NCBI GenBank assembly: GCA_965203805.1
Contig: OZ241917.1
Coordinates: 4,064,001-4,128,000, forward strand
Origin: Candidatus Latescibacterota bacterium
GTDB taxonomy: Bacteria > Latescibacterota > UBA2968 > GCA-2709665
Length of the DNA: 64,000 nucleotides
Direction of reading: 5' to 3'
Below the pieces are notes generated by a model, which worked only from the letters and a program-made list of their open reading frames with translations, searched no databases and was not told the DNA's origin. Numbering within the stretch: the first letter of the stretch is position 1; each line of letters opens with the position of its first letter. Of this stretch, positions 48,704 to 59,600 are shown in pieces. A program made the translations under genes and the position numbers.

Positions 48704-49480
48704 ATGTCCATTGAGACCATAGAAAGAGATTTCCACGAGAAGGTTTCGTCGAAGATTCGGCTAACCGCCGAAGGAATGGAACGATTCCGTGTGTTTACCC
48801 CGTTCATATTCGACGACGGTGATCATTTGGACATCGTTCTACGGAAGGACGGCGCGCGTTGGGTGCTTTCCGACGAGGCACACACGTACATGCATCTGAC
48901 GTACGACATCGATGAGAGAGATCTTTATAGTGGTACGCGTCAGAAGATTATCTCTAATACGCTGTCCACGTTTCAGATCGAGGACCGCGATGGTGAGTTA
49001 GTACTCGACGTGCCGGAGGAGCGATACGGGGATGCGTTGTTTTCTTTCGTTCAGGGATTACTCAAGATATCTGATGTATCGTACCTGTCGCGGGAGCGCG
49101 TTCTGTCCACCTTCATGGATGATTTTCGGACGGTGATGAGTGAGGCGATTCCGGAAGAGCGCAGGAGTTTTGACTGGAGCGATCCCGAACATGATCCTCA
49201 AGGGATGTACACCGTGGATTGTCGAGTAAACGGTTTGCGCCGGCCCTTATTCGTTCATGCACTTTCGAGCGACGGCAGGACCCGAGACGCTACAATCGCG
49301 CTTCTCCAGTTCGAACGTTGGGAAATGCCCTTCCGTTCACTCGCGATTTTCGAAGATCAGGAGTCGATCAATCGCAAGGTGTTAGCCCGATTCAGCGATG
49401 TCTGTGAAAAGCAATTCTCGAGTCTTACCTCTAACCGGGAACGAATTGCCCGATTTTTGAAGCAGAGCACCCAAGCGTAA
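48704..49480 (+). CDS. DUF1828/DUF1829-like protein
   Basis: TPFIFDDGDHLDIVL...LSDEAHT N-terminal signature; C-terminal nuclease-like domain. Confidence 0.7.
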   Translation: MSIETIERDFHEKVSSKIRLTAEGMERFRVFTPFIFDDGDHLDIVLRKDGARWVLSDEAHTYMHLTYDIDERDLYSGTRQKIISNTLSTFQIEDRDGELVLDVPEERYGDALFSFVQGLLKISDVSYLSRERVLSTFMDDFRTVMSEAIPEERRSFDWSDPEHDPQGMYTVDCRVNGLRRPLFVHALSSDGRTRDATIALLQFERWEMPFRSLAIFEDQESINRKVLARFSDVCEKQFSSLTSNRERIARFLKQSTQA

Positions 49481-49968
49481 GAGATGCGCTGTATCAGATA
49501 CCCGGATAGGTTGCACCACCGGATCAATATCAACTTTGTCGTCCGTGGTACATACGAATGAATGGATCTGAAGCTATCGGGCTGGTCGATTCAGTGAGAT
49601 TTGATGGTCTGTTTCGCCCTGATTTCCAGTTCACGGGCTTGTTAAACCGTCCGTTTTATTTATAATAATTAGTAGAGGCCTGAGTTCCGCATCCTGTGAC
49701 ATTTGCGCGCCGAATGTCACAGGATATGACGCGGCATTGAGAACTTTTCAGAGCGGAAATCCTGTTGGATTTTTGCGATCCGCCGTTGCAGTCGATCGGC
49801 CTTCGGTTTAGCCGGGAAAACGGCCAGGATTCCTGTCTCAACGGAGGGTCCGCGCCGGCTTGGAGTTTTCAAGGCGGCCGTGTATCCGGAACGTGTCCAC
49901 CGACGCTGGCCGGGTCTTGTTTGACATTCGCAAGATTGAAACGACGCCGCTGGCGGAGGCGGGTTCGG

Positions 49969-50316
49969 ATGGACGTTGATGTCAAATGGGATCGGAAAGA
50001 CGGAATCCTGATCGCGATCCTGGCGGGTCGTATCGACGGCAGTAATGCTCGGGAATATCAGAATGTTATCGAGTCGGGAATCGGCCCTGAAGACAACGCG
50101 TTGCTTCTGGACTTCGAACAGGTTTCCTACATCAGCAGCGCGGGGCTTCGACTCGGTGTCATCATTGCCTGGAAATTCAACGATCCCGGAAAGCAATTCG
50201 GGATCTGCACACTTACGGGCCTGGTACGGAAAGTGATCACCATGAGCGGTTTCGATCAAATCATCGACATTTACGAGTCACGGGCCGAGGCGATAGCAGC
50301 GTGCGGAAGCAGTTGA
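49969..50316 (+). CDS. STAS-domain anti-sigma-factor antagonist
   Basis: GRIDGSNA, LDFEQVSYISSAGLR (phospho-Ser), MSGFDQII; GGAGG RBS. Confidence 0.92.
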   Translation: MDVDVKWDRKDGILIAILAGRIDGSNAREYQNVIESGIGPEDNALLLDFEQVSYISSAGLRLGVIIAWKFNDPGKQFGICTLTGLVRKVITMSGFDQIIDIYESRAEAIAACGSS

Positions 50317-50382
50317 GTTGCGTCATTAAGAGTTTCCATTCACCTTTGGAGCGGACGACCTGCCAACCATATCGGAGCAGCC

Positions 50383-50667
50383 ATGATGAACACTGACGAT
50401 GAAAAAATCGGATCGATGAGAAGCGCGGTTGATATGGATATCATTGGCGATAACATATCCGATATCGCTGAATTCACGATTGAGAAGTACGAATTCAAAA
50501 ACGACAGCACCCTCTCTTCCGAGGTGCGTAAGGGTGCAGTCGCCAAGATTGAGGAGGTCCTGTGGCAGCGGGTCGCGGAGTTGAACCTGTTGCGCAAGCA
50601 GTACCTGGCCGGGATGTTCAGCCTGGCGGAAGAGGCACTTGGTGAGGTCGTCGATCAACGTCGATAA
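50383..50667 (+). CDS. Small acidic helical hypothetical protein
   Basis: GGAG RBS, natural-looking composition, co-oriented between STAS and permease. Confidence 0.65.
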   Translation: MMNTDDEKIGSMRSAVDMDIIGDNISDIAEFTIEKYEFKNDSTLSSEVRKGAVAKIEEVLWQRVAELNLLRKQYLAGMFSLAEEALGEVVDQRR

Positions 50668-51004
50668 GACACGTTTTCGATCTTGCGGAGCGTTCGCAAG
50701 CGACGGACAAAACCTGGTACCATCGCCTCGAAGGACGTGCGGGGACCGATCCGGAACGTAAGTCCGGAGGTTGAAACGGCCGGTTCCGGTACACATAGAA
50801 GCCCTATTGGAATTCCGATTTACGCATTGAACGCGAGCGAGCGGCGTGTACGCCGTCGTCCCGCACGGAATTCCAACAGGGCTTTTTCGTGTTCGGGAAG
50901 GACGCAATCGCCGGTTGATTTGTCCACGACAATTCAATATTCTTGAGGCGTGGACGCGAACACAACCTGGAAGTGTCCTAAGCGTGGACTGGAAAGGCCT
51001 CTGA

Positions 51005-52741
51005 ATGGCAGACCGCTCAAGCGACAGAATCCGATACGAACCGGACGAGCCATGCCGATTCCATGAGGCGATTGGCGTCGGGATACAGGGTATCATCATC
51101 GGCCTTGCGCCTACGGTACTGATCGTGGCCGTCACCGCCGTCGCCGCCGGCCAGGATGATCGTTACCTTTCGTGGGCCGTCTTTGCGGCGCTCATTATCA
51201 GCGGCTTGGCCACCGTGCTGCAGGCGGCGAGGATCGGGCGGCTGGGCGGCGGTCACGTGCTGATCATGGGCGCGTCGCCCAACTTCATCGCGGTATCGGT
51301 CCTGGCCATCGAGGCGGGCGGAGCGGCCATGCTCGCAAGCCTGATCGTCCTTTCGTCACTCTTCTACCTCGCTGTCGCGACCTGGCTTCCGCAACTTCGG
51401 CGCATCATTACACCCGTCGTTTCCGGTACGGTACTGATGCTGATTGCCGCGATGATCCTTCCCATCGCGTTCGACCGGCTGAAAGAGGTACCAGAGGGGG
51501 CATCTGCGGCTGCCGGCCCGACCGTGGCGGCCGTTACCCTGGCTGTATCCACGGTATTGATGTTGCGGGGATCCGCAGCCTGGCGGCCCTGGTCGCTGTT
51601 GATTGGAATCGCGGCTGGCTGCGCCTCCGCGGCTCCGCTCGGGCTTTACGAATTCGACCGGTTGATTGCAGCGCCGTGGGTGGGCGTTCCCCACAGCGGG
51701 TTTCCAGGATTGGCTCTGGCGCCGACCGGGGGATTCTGGGCGCTGCTGGCGATGTTTCTTATCGTCACCCTCGTACAGGCGATCAAGGGAATCGGCGACG
51801 GGATGGTTGTTCAGCAGGTATCGCGCCGCCGGACCCGGGCGACGGATTTCCGGCTGATCCAGGGCTCAACCTATGCCAATGCGGTTGGCATTCTGCTTTC
51901 GGGCATTGCCGGTACACCGCCCACGACCTCCTATTCGTCATCCACCGTGTCGCTGATCAACCTGACCGGAGTTGCCGCGCGGGGCGCCGGATACGCCGTG
52001 GGATGCCTTCTCGTTGTGCTGGCGTTCTTTCCCAGGGTAACGGGTCTCCTGCTGGTGATTCCCAGCCCGGTCATGGGAGGGTTCCTGCTGGTTGCCATTG
52101 GCATGCTCTTCGTGGAGGGGATCCAGACCCTGTCGCGTGCGGGCCTCGACGCCCGGAAGGCCATCGTGGTCGGCCTGGCGTTCTCCATCGGGCTCGGTAT
52201 GCAAGGCAACAACATCCTCGAGGACCTGTTGGGGAGACCCTGGGGCGTGCTGCTCGGCAACGGGATAACGGTCGGCACCGCCGCGGCGATCGCTTTGACC
52301 GTGTTCCTGGAACTGACCGGTCCGCGTCGCCGACGCCTGGAAGTCCGGCTGGATATTTCGGATCTTCCCCGTATCGACGCGTTTCTGAGAGAGGTTGCGG
52401 ACGGGATGGGATGGGACGCCGCCACGACAGGGCGGTTACGCTCCGCGGGCGAGGAGACCCTGGCGAGTCTTCTGGAGCCGGACAACCCGTATCCTGAGGA
52501 GGATGAGGCGCCGCGCCTGATTGTTGTCGCGCGGACGGAGGGAGAGGCCGTAGAAATGGAATTCGTAGCGGTCTTCGACGAAGAGAACCTGGGGGATCGT
52601 CTCGCGTATCTCGACGAACAGACGCAAACCCTGGACGAAAACGAGTTATCGTTCCGGATGTTACGGCATTACGCTTCTTCAGTCCGGCACCAGAAATACC
52701 ACGGCATGGACATCGTGACCGTGCGGGTGGCTCCCACGTGA
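51005..52741 (+). CDS. NCS2 (xanthine/uracil) permease with C-terminal degenerate RsbW-like domain (SupE-like)
   Basis: IITPVVSGTVLMLI, TTSYSS...TGVAAR, IPSPVMGG; about 140-aa soluble C-terminal domain. Confidence 0.8.
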   Translation: MADRSSDRIRYEPDEPCRFHEAIGVGIQGIIIGLAPTVLIVAVTAVAAGQDDRYLSWAVFAALIISGLATVLQAARIGRLGGGHVLIMGASPNFIAVSVLAIEAGGAAMLASLIVLSSLFYLAVATWLPQLRRIITPVVSGTVLMLIAAMILPIAFDRLKEVPEGASAAAGPTVAAVTLAVSTVLMLRGSAAWRPWSLLIGIAAGCASAAPLGLYEFDRLIAAPWVGVPHSGFPGLALAPTGGFWALLAMFLIVTLVQAIKGIGDGMVVQQVSRRRTRATDFRLIQGSTYANAVGILLSGIAGTPPTTSYSSSTVSLINLTGVAARGAGYAVGCLLVVLAFFPRVTGLLLVIPSPVMGGFLLVAIGMLFVEGIQTLSRAGLDARKAIVVGLAFSIGLGMQGNNILEDLLGRPWGVLLGNGITVGTAAAIALTVFLELTGPRRRRLEVRLDISDLPRIDAFLREVADGMGWDAATTGRLRSAGEETLASLLEPDNPYPEEDEAPRLIVVARTEGEAVEMEFVAVFDEENLGDRLAYLDEQTQTLDENELSFRMLRHYASSVRHQKYHGMDIVTVRVAPT

Positions 52742-52764
52742 ATGAATAAATCGGCCGAACCCTG

Positions 52765-53604
52765 TTACGAGTCGAGGTGCGCCCGGTATTCCTCCAGCAG
52801 CGCGGCAGCTCCCGCCCGGATAAACCCCAATTCCGACGTGGCTTCGAAGAAGGTGGCTCCCCGGCGCGCCCAATCGCCGGCGGAGGCGCCGCTCCATGGC
52901 ATGGTGCCGAAGGCCACGCCGTTCTCTTTGCAGAGATTCAGCGCCGCTTCCATCGGGCCGCGCACCTCAGGGTGATCGAAGTCGCCGGGGTGTCCGAACT
53001 CGATGGAGGTGTCTCCGGGTCCCACGAAGCACATGTCGACCCCCGGAAGGCTCAGAATCTCCTCTGCGTTCCGATACCCCCTCACCGTTTCCAGATGCAC
53101 CACCAGCGCGGTCTCCCGGTCCTGTTCGTCCATCCATCCCTGCCAGTCCGTGACCTCCCGGAAGTCGCTGTTGCCCCATCCGGGCGCCACGGCCCGGGTT
53201 CCAGCCGGGGGAAATTTCAGGTAACCCAGCAGGCGCCGGACCTGTTCGGGTGTCTCCGTTCTGGGAAGCTGGATTCCCACCACGCCCGCTTCCAGCAGCT
53301 TGGCCACTTCCTGGCGTTCGAGCTGGGGCGTCTTGGCGATGACGGGCAATCCATTGTCGCGTGCCGCCAGAATGGTGTCGGCCAGGTCCTGCAGGTCGAA
53401 GAGGCTGTGCTCGTACTCGATGTAGACGAAGTCGAAACCGGCGTGCCGAAACAGTTTGACGAGCGAAGGATGGGCGTACGCTTCAATCGTCGCGCCGATC
53501 AGCAGGTCCCCCCGTTTCAGCCGCGCCTTGAGGTGTCGTCCCGGCCCCCCTTCAGGGTACCAGGGATTGTCAACGCCCTTGCCTGTCTTCGGATCTACTG
53601 GCAT
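52765..53604 (-). CDS. HpcH/HpaI aldolase family protein
   Basis: AGFDFVYIEYEH, KFPPAGTRA, HLET, FVGPGD. Confidence 0.9.
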   Translation of the reverse strand: MPVDPKTGKGVDNPWYPEGGPGRHLKARLKRGDLLIGATIEAYAHPSLVKLFRHAGFDFVYIEYEHSLFDLQDLADTILAARDNGLPVIAKTPQLERQEVAKLLEAGVVGIQLPRTETPEQVRRLLGYLKFPPAGTRAVAPGWGNSDFREVTDWQGWMDEQDRETALVVHLETVRGYRNAEEILSLPGVDMCFVGPGDTSIEFGHPGDFDHPEVRGPMEAALNLCKENGVAFGTMPWSGASAGDWARRGATFFEATSELGFIRAGAAALLEEYRAHLDS

Positions 53605-53704
53605 AAGGCCTCCCGGTTTGCATCCGCGGTCGATCGAATCGGGTTCGGTGAAAGTCGCCGTGACGACCCGGTCGGTTTCGAGGCGGACCTGTGGTCACGC
53701 AACT

Positions 53705-54409
53705 TCAGATGGGGATCCTGGAGATCGAAATGTAGCCATTGAAACAGGCGTCAACGTCGCTTCCGGGTTGTCGGGGACGCTCCTGATAGACGCCGGTATA
53801 GCGATAATCGCTTCCGCTTCGCTTGAACGTGATCGCCCGCGGGCTCCTGTCGACGGGAGTCAGTCGGGTTTCAAGACCCACCCTGTCGTGTTCCGGGTGG
53901 GGCAGATTCACGTTGAAAAAACACCCCGCTTCAAGTGTCTCGCTCAGTACCCTGTCCAGAACGGGCTGGAGCCGGTCTGCTGCAAGCGGCCAGTCTATGG
54001 ACCGGCCTTTCGCTCTATATTGTGACAGGGCGATGGCTTTCCGTCCGAGAATCGCCGCCTCGCGGGCAGCGCCTACGGTCCCTGAATCGTAGACATCCAC
54101 GCCAAGATTGCTGCCGTTATTGATTCCGGAGAGCACCCAGTCGCAATCGGGCGCCAGCCGGCTGAGGGCCAGGCGAGTGCAGTCGGCGGGCGTTCCCCAG
54201 ACCTTGAACCGTTTTTCCGACAGCCTGTCCACACGGATGGGTTCTTCGGTCGTCAATCTGTGTCCGACACCCGATTGCGGCTCCGCAGGCGCGACAACGA
54301 CGACCTCACCCTTCTGCGACGCCAGGCCCACCAGCGTTTTCAGACCCTCCGCTTCGATGCCGTCGTCGTTCGTAACGATCAATTTCACGATCCGCTCCCG
54401 GTCAGGCAC
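53705..54409 (-). CDS. surE: 5'/3'-nucleotidase SurE
   Basis: VTNDDGI, GTPADC, SGINNGSNLG, SGTVGAA. Confidence 0.93.
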   Translation of the reverse strand: MPDRERIVKLIVTNDDGIEAEGLKTLVGLASQKGEVVVVAPAEPQSGVGHRLTTEEPIRVDRLSEKRFKVWGTPADCTRLALSRLAPDCDWVLSGINNGSNLGVDVYDSGTVGAAREAAILGRKAIALSQYRAKGRSIDWPLAADRLQPVLDRVLSETLEAGCFFNVNLPHPEHDRVGLETRLTPVDRSPRAITFKRSGSDYRYTGVYQERPRQPGSDVDACFNGYISISRIPI

Positions 54410-54997
54410 TTATTGCGGCGTCGCCCGCGGCGCCCGGGGAAGATCGGGACCCGTCCGATGAAGAGGCTTCTTCAACAGGCGACCCCAGTGTGTGTCATAC
54501 GGATGGACGACGCGCACCCGTTCCTTGCCGCGGTACAGCGGCCGTCCTTCGTTGGCCCATCTGAAAATCGACCCTTCCAGGTTGAAAACCTTCGTATAGC
54601 CCTTTTTCATCAGAAATCCGGCAAGTTCAGACGAGCGATAACCGACGGAACAATACAGGACGATGCGACGGTTCGCGGGCGCGTCCTGGAGCGCCTCCAT
54701 TGCCTCGTCATTCGATGGCGCCGGATGGGCGCCGCGCAAGTGGCTGACCGCGAATTCATCCGGTTCCCGCACGTCCAGGAGAGTGAGATGGTCAAGCTTT
54801 GGCGATTCGTCGAGCCACGACTGCAGGGTATCGGCGGAGATATGGGCCACCTCGGGAAAACCGGCGCGGATCTTTTCCAGCGTTTCGGACCAGCGCCCGG
54901 CCGTAGCGCCGGCTTCGTCCTGCGCATCGACACCGCGGGGCGCCAACGCCGTAAAGCCAGTCCAAATCGCGAGGTAAAGTACGAGCGGCAGCGCCAT
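54410..54997 (-). CDS. Exported rhodanese-like protein (start 54997 or 55030)
   Basis: Signal-like N-terminus, LDVREPDEFAVSHL, YCSVGYRS, NLEGSIFRW. Confidence 0.85.
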   Translation of the reverse strand: MALPLVLYLAIWTGFTALAPRGVDAQDEAGATAGRWSETLEKIRAGFPEVAHISADTLQSWLDESPKLDHLTLLDVREPDEFAVSHLRGAHPAPSNDEAMEALQDAPANRRIVLYCSVGYRSSELAGFLMKKGYTKVFNLEGSIFRWANEGRPLYRGKERVRVVHPYDTHWGRLLKKPLHRTGPDLPRAPRATPQ

Positions 54998-55226
54998 CCG
55001 GAATTGAAGAAGGTCGGGTCGATTGCTCACAACCGGGAGTCCCCACTGATCGCGACAGGCGCCGCGTGCGCCGGCTGCATACGATCGGCAGTTGAGAGAC
55101 GACGGCTTAAAATGCATGCGGGAGGGGCAAAGGGCGCGGTTCGGCAGCGCCCTCATCCTTCGCCGGGAGGCGAAAAGAAAAACCGGACGGACGCGGAGCA
55201 CATCTGACCTCGCATTGGCGCGGAGG

Positions 55227-56156
55227 TCAGATCAGGGAATGGCTTTCGAGAAACTCACGCATCGCCGAAACGCATTCCTCTGGCTGTTCCAGCTGTAGAA
55301 GGTGGGTTGTTTCAGGCAGGAAATCGTAGTCCACCGTGAGAATATGACTGAGATCCAGTGTCGGCAGATATGAGTAGGGCAGGGTAGGATCGGCGCCGAT
55401 GACCTTCAGTGGGCATCGAAACCTATCAAAGTCGACCAAAACCGCAAACGTGCGGGCATAGTCTACGATTCGCGCTTCGAATTCACGCGGGCACCGGAGT
55501 TCATAACCCTGCCCGTCCTCGCATTTGCGCAACGTTGTCCTTGCCACAAGTTCCAGAACCCCCGGCACGGCGCGCTGGTAGACCGGCAGGTATCTGAGGA
55601 GATCCGCAAACTGATGCCTGGAACTGAACCTGGGCGTCCTGTGCCGGGTCATCGCGGCTGTGCGCGTGACCGCGGCGTCGAATTCTTCGTAATCGTCATC
55701 GGGCTTGCAAAGGGGTGGATCGAACAGTACGCAAGCCGAGAACTCGCAGCCGAAAGAGGGTGACAAGAGCGAGATCAGACCGGATACCGAATGAAATACG
55801 CCAATTTTCGGTTTTGAGCCGTAGTGACGGTCGATCGCATCCAGAATCCGGTCGTGGTCCTGAACCAATGTTGGAATACTGTGCTTTTGCAGATCGCCGA
55901 CCCTGTTCCAACCATGGTTTCTGAGGTCGAATACAAACAGGTCGAATTCGTCGATCAGGAGCGTCCAGAACGGGTAGTAGAGATCAATCGCTAGACCGTT
56001 GCCATGGCTGAGCACGAGCCGCGGTCCATCCGGATTTCCGTGACGGCGCAATACGGTGAAGGTATCATCGTCGATCCAAACTTCGCGAATCGAATGCGGC
56101 TCCGGTATTTCCCATACCGGTTCTGGAGTTGTAGACAAGTCCTCGCTCTTTCTCAC
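55227..56156 (-). CDS. Alpha/beta hydrolase (SupD-like)
   Basis: HGNG oxyanion motif, DLRNHG, FHSVS nucleophile elbow, C-terminal THLLQLE. Confidence 0.85.
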   Translation of the reverse strand: MRKSEDLSTTPEPVWEIPEPHSIREVWIDDDTFTVLRRHGNPDGPRLVLSHGNGLAIDLYYPFWTLLIDEFDLFVFDLRNHGWNRVGDLQKHSIPTLVQDHDRILDAIDRHYGSKPKIGVFHSVSGLISLLSPSFGCEFSACVLFDPPLCKPDDDYEEFDAAVTRTAAMTRHRTPRFSSRHQFADLLRYLPVYQRAVPGVLELVARTTLRKCEDGQGYELRCPREFEARIVDYARTFAVLVDFDRFRCPLKVIGADPTLPYSYLPTLDLSHILTVDYDFLPETTHLLQLEQPEECVSAMREFLESHSLI

Positions 56157-56271
56157 GAGTCATCGTCGAACCGCCGACGCATTCGCCCGTTGAGCAAGCA
56201 GCTAATCTCAGGGAACCAGATGGCAAAGAAAGCGGTGTTTGCAATCAACGATGGCCGACCGCACGGGGTCT

Positions 56272-56517
56272 TCAGCCGGACTGGGAATCGACGTGCTCGA
56301 TAAGGGCCTGGACGGTGTTGACGTTCGCACAGTCTTCGGGAGTAAACGAAACGTTGAACTCGCGCGCGACAACTCTTCCGAAAGAAACGAGATCGAGAGA
56401 GGACACGCCGAGATCCAGGAGGCTGACATTCAGGTTCTCCTGAAGCGCGACCGCCTCCCCGTCTACTTCGAGATTGTCCGCGACAAGCTGTCTGATACGT
56501 TCTTCCGTCGACGCCAT
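56272..56517 (-). CDS. Stand-alone acyl carrier protein (SupB-like)
   Basis: MASTEERIRQLV...DLGVSSLDLV...FNVSF; acidic 81 aa; directly downstream of the PKS. Confidence 0.87.
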   Translation of the reverse strand: MASTEERIRQLVADNLEVDGEAVALQENLNVSLLDLGVSSLDLVSFGRVVAREFNVSFTPEDCANVNTVQALIEHVDSQSG

Positions 56518-56561
56518 GGTTACGATCCTTTCAGTGAGGTGGATGTTTGTGACGGAAAGCA

Positions 56562-56590
56562 AATATAGAAATGGTCGAGCGTCAAGTCAA
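56562..56590 (-). promoter_or_regulatory. Sigma70 promoter for the ACP/hydrolase genes
   Basis: Minus strand TTGACT, 17 nt, TATATT. Confidence 0.6.
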
Positions 56591-56694
56591 ATCGTTTTTT
56601 TGGGACGGAATGAAGCCCAAAAAAACAATCTCGTATGACACTAATTTTGTTTCGTCACTTTTCGGTGACGTTAACCCGAGGCGCGGCACGCTCG

Positions 56695-59600
56695 TTAAAT
56701 CCAGTGGCGGCGGCGCTGGAACGGGTAGCCCGGGAGGGAGACGCGGCGTCGCCGTTCACCCGAGAACAGACCGTCGAACGAAACCGCCAGCCCCGCCTCA
56801 TACGCGCCCGCGACCGCCTCGATGAATCGGTCGCAGCACGCCCCCGCATCGTCACCGGATGGCCGCGGCAGGCTGGAAAGCACAACCGGCGCCTCCCCGC
56901 CATTCACGGATTCAGGCCGCGCCCCCGCTGAATCGGAGCCGTTCACAGCGTCCGGCCCGATCTCGATCACGACATTCACCCCGGTTTCGACCAGGGTTTC
57001 GAAACAACGATTCAGTCTCGCCGGTTCGTTCATCTGGCGGCGCCAGTACTCGCCTTCACGGGCGTCGCCGGGGTCGACAAAGCGCCCCGTGGCGCCACTT
57101 ATCATGTCGACCGTCGGAGGTGCAGTCGCGGATTTCTCCAAAGGTGCTTCCCCGTCCCGGGAAGCCGCAATTCGCAATCCCTCCTCCAGACTGATTACCC
57201 CCGCCGCCCTGGCTGCCGCGAGTTCGCCAATGTCCCGGCCAAGGACCACGTTCGGTCGGATACCCACACTGGACCACAATTCCGTAAGCGCGCAATGCAG
57301 CGCGTAGATCGCCGGCTGCGTCCTGTCAGGGTCCTCGAGGGCGTCGTCTGATTCCGCAGGCCGGAACAGGACCTCCAACAGAGGGCCGCCTCGCATGTCG
57401 CGAAAAACCTCGTCGCAGCGATCCAGAATCATCCGCACAACGGGTTCCGTTTCGTAGAGCGAACGGCCCATGCCTGCCTGGTGGCTGTCCCTCCCCGCGT
57501 AGACGAACGCCACCTTCGCGGCTGTCACGGGTACCAACCCACCCTCGCCCAGCGCCACGGTCTCCACTCCTTCACGAAGCGACGCGACGTCGTTGAACGC
57601 CACGCCCGCCCTGTAGTCGAAATGGCTCCTGCCCACCCCCGCGGTCCAGGCCATATCGGCGAGCAGTTCCGTTTGATCTGCGTGGGAATACGTCTTTTCG
57701 TCCAGCCAGGCCGCGTAGCGTGCCGCAAGCTCCCGGAGCGCTTCCTCGGCCTTCCCGGACAGGGGCAGAAACCGGGTTTGCCGCTTCTGCAACCGGCCAT
57801 CCTCCGGCAGCGGCAGGTCCGCGACCGGCTCCGGCAACGAAATGGATACCCGTTGAGCGGACCCGGCGGAAAGGAGTCCCGAATCCGGACTGCCGCCGGC
57901 CGGGTCTCCATATCCCTCCACGACGACGTGGGCGTTAGATCCCGATATCCCGAATGCGCTCACTCCCGCTCTGGACGGCCTGTCGGGGTGATGGGGCCAG
58001 CCCGTTGCCTCGGATGTCACGCGTACAGGCAGCTGGCTCCAGTCCAGGTTCGGGTTAGGATCCCGGAAGTGCAGATGCCTGGGAATCATCCCGTGCTTCA
58101 TCGCCAGCACCGTCTTGATCAGGCCGGCAATCCCGGCAACCGTCTCCAGGTGCCCGACGTTGGTCTTCACAGAACCGACAAGCAGCGGGCGGTCCGCTTC
58201 GCGTTCGCGGCCGTACACCGCCGCCGCCGCCTGCAACTCAATGGAATCGCCCATGGCGGATCCGGCCCCGTGAGCCTCCAGGTAGTCCACGTCGGATGGA
58301 GCGATACCCGCTCTTGCCAGCGCCGCCTCGATCAGGCGTTCCTGCGCGGGGCCGTTCGGAACGGTCGGACCGGCCGCAGCACCGTTCTGATTGACCGCTG
58401 AGCCCCGGACCACCCCCCAGATGCGGTCGCCGTCCGCTTCCGCATCCGCGAGTCGCTTCAGAACGACCATGCCGCAACCGTCTCCGCGAACGAAGCCGTT
58501 CGCGGAGCCATCGAAGGCCTTGCACCGCCCCTCCGGCGACAACATCCCCAGTTCCGCCATCTCTCTGGTCAACCTCGGCGACAGGACAGCGTTCACGCCG
58601 CCAACCAGGACAAGGTCGACTTCGCCCTCCCGCAATCCCGTCACTGCCTGGTGCACGGCCACCAGGGACGAAGCACAGTTCAACTCCACGGGTATCGCCG
58701 GCCCCTCCAGACCCAGCACGAACGCGACCCGTCCGACGGTCATGCTGGCGGAGGTACCCAGGTAACTGATATCGTGGTCGCCGCCTGCCATCAGGTCCCT
58801 GTATTCGCTGGCGGCGATGCCGGAATAAACCCCTGTTCGGCTTCCCCTCAACCGCCCGGGATCGATGCCGGCATCCTCGAGTGCCTGCCAACTCGTCTCC
58901 AGCAGCATTCGCTGCTGAGGATCCATCATGCGTGCCTCGATGGGCGCAATCCGGAAGAAACGCGCGTCGAACCCGTCGATCCCATCCACAAATCCGCCAC
59001 TGCGGTACACGTTGAATCCACCGGTGAGTTCCTCGGCGCAATTGCCCGTGGTTCCGGAATTCCAGCGACCGTCCGTCACCGCGTTCGCGCCGGCATCGAG
59101 TTGCTTCCAGAATTCCATGACGTCTGAAGCGCCCGGGAATCTGCACGCCATACCGACGATCGCGACGCCGTTTTCCTCTCGTGGAGGGGTCGGTACGCGC
59201 TCAGGCTCAGGTTGCGCCTCAGGGGCAGGCGTGGGCGCGCTCTCGATCTCACCCAGTTCTCCGACGAGGTGTCCGGCGAGGCTGGCGATATCCGGGTAGT
59301 CGAATACCAGCGTGTTGGGCGCTACGTAGTGCCCGGCGAAAGCCCGGTTCAGCCGGTTCCGGAGTTCCACCGCCATCAGCGAGTCGATACCCAGATCGAA
59401 GAAGCCCACCGCGGGCGCGGGTGCCGCCGGCAGCCTCAACACCGCTTGAACTTCCTGCTGCAGAAAGGAAACGAACAATTCTTCGCGTCCCGCCGCCGGC
59501 GTGACCTCCAGCATGGAAAGCAGGTCTTCCGACGCGCCTGAAGCGTCCTCCGAGGCATCCTCGGCCGCCGGCAGCAGGTCTTCGAACAGGGACGCGCGGC

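Larger units (their letters stand above)
28066..49500. other. Defence island (lower GC than flanks, all genes on plus strand)
   Basis: Visible compositional shift; cluster of R-M, TIR/SLATT, ATPase/PIN and antitoxin genes plus remnants. Boundaries approximate. Confidence 0.8.
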
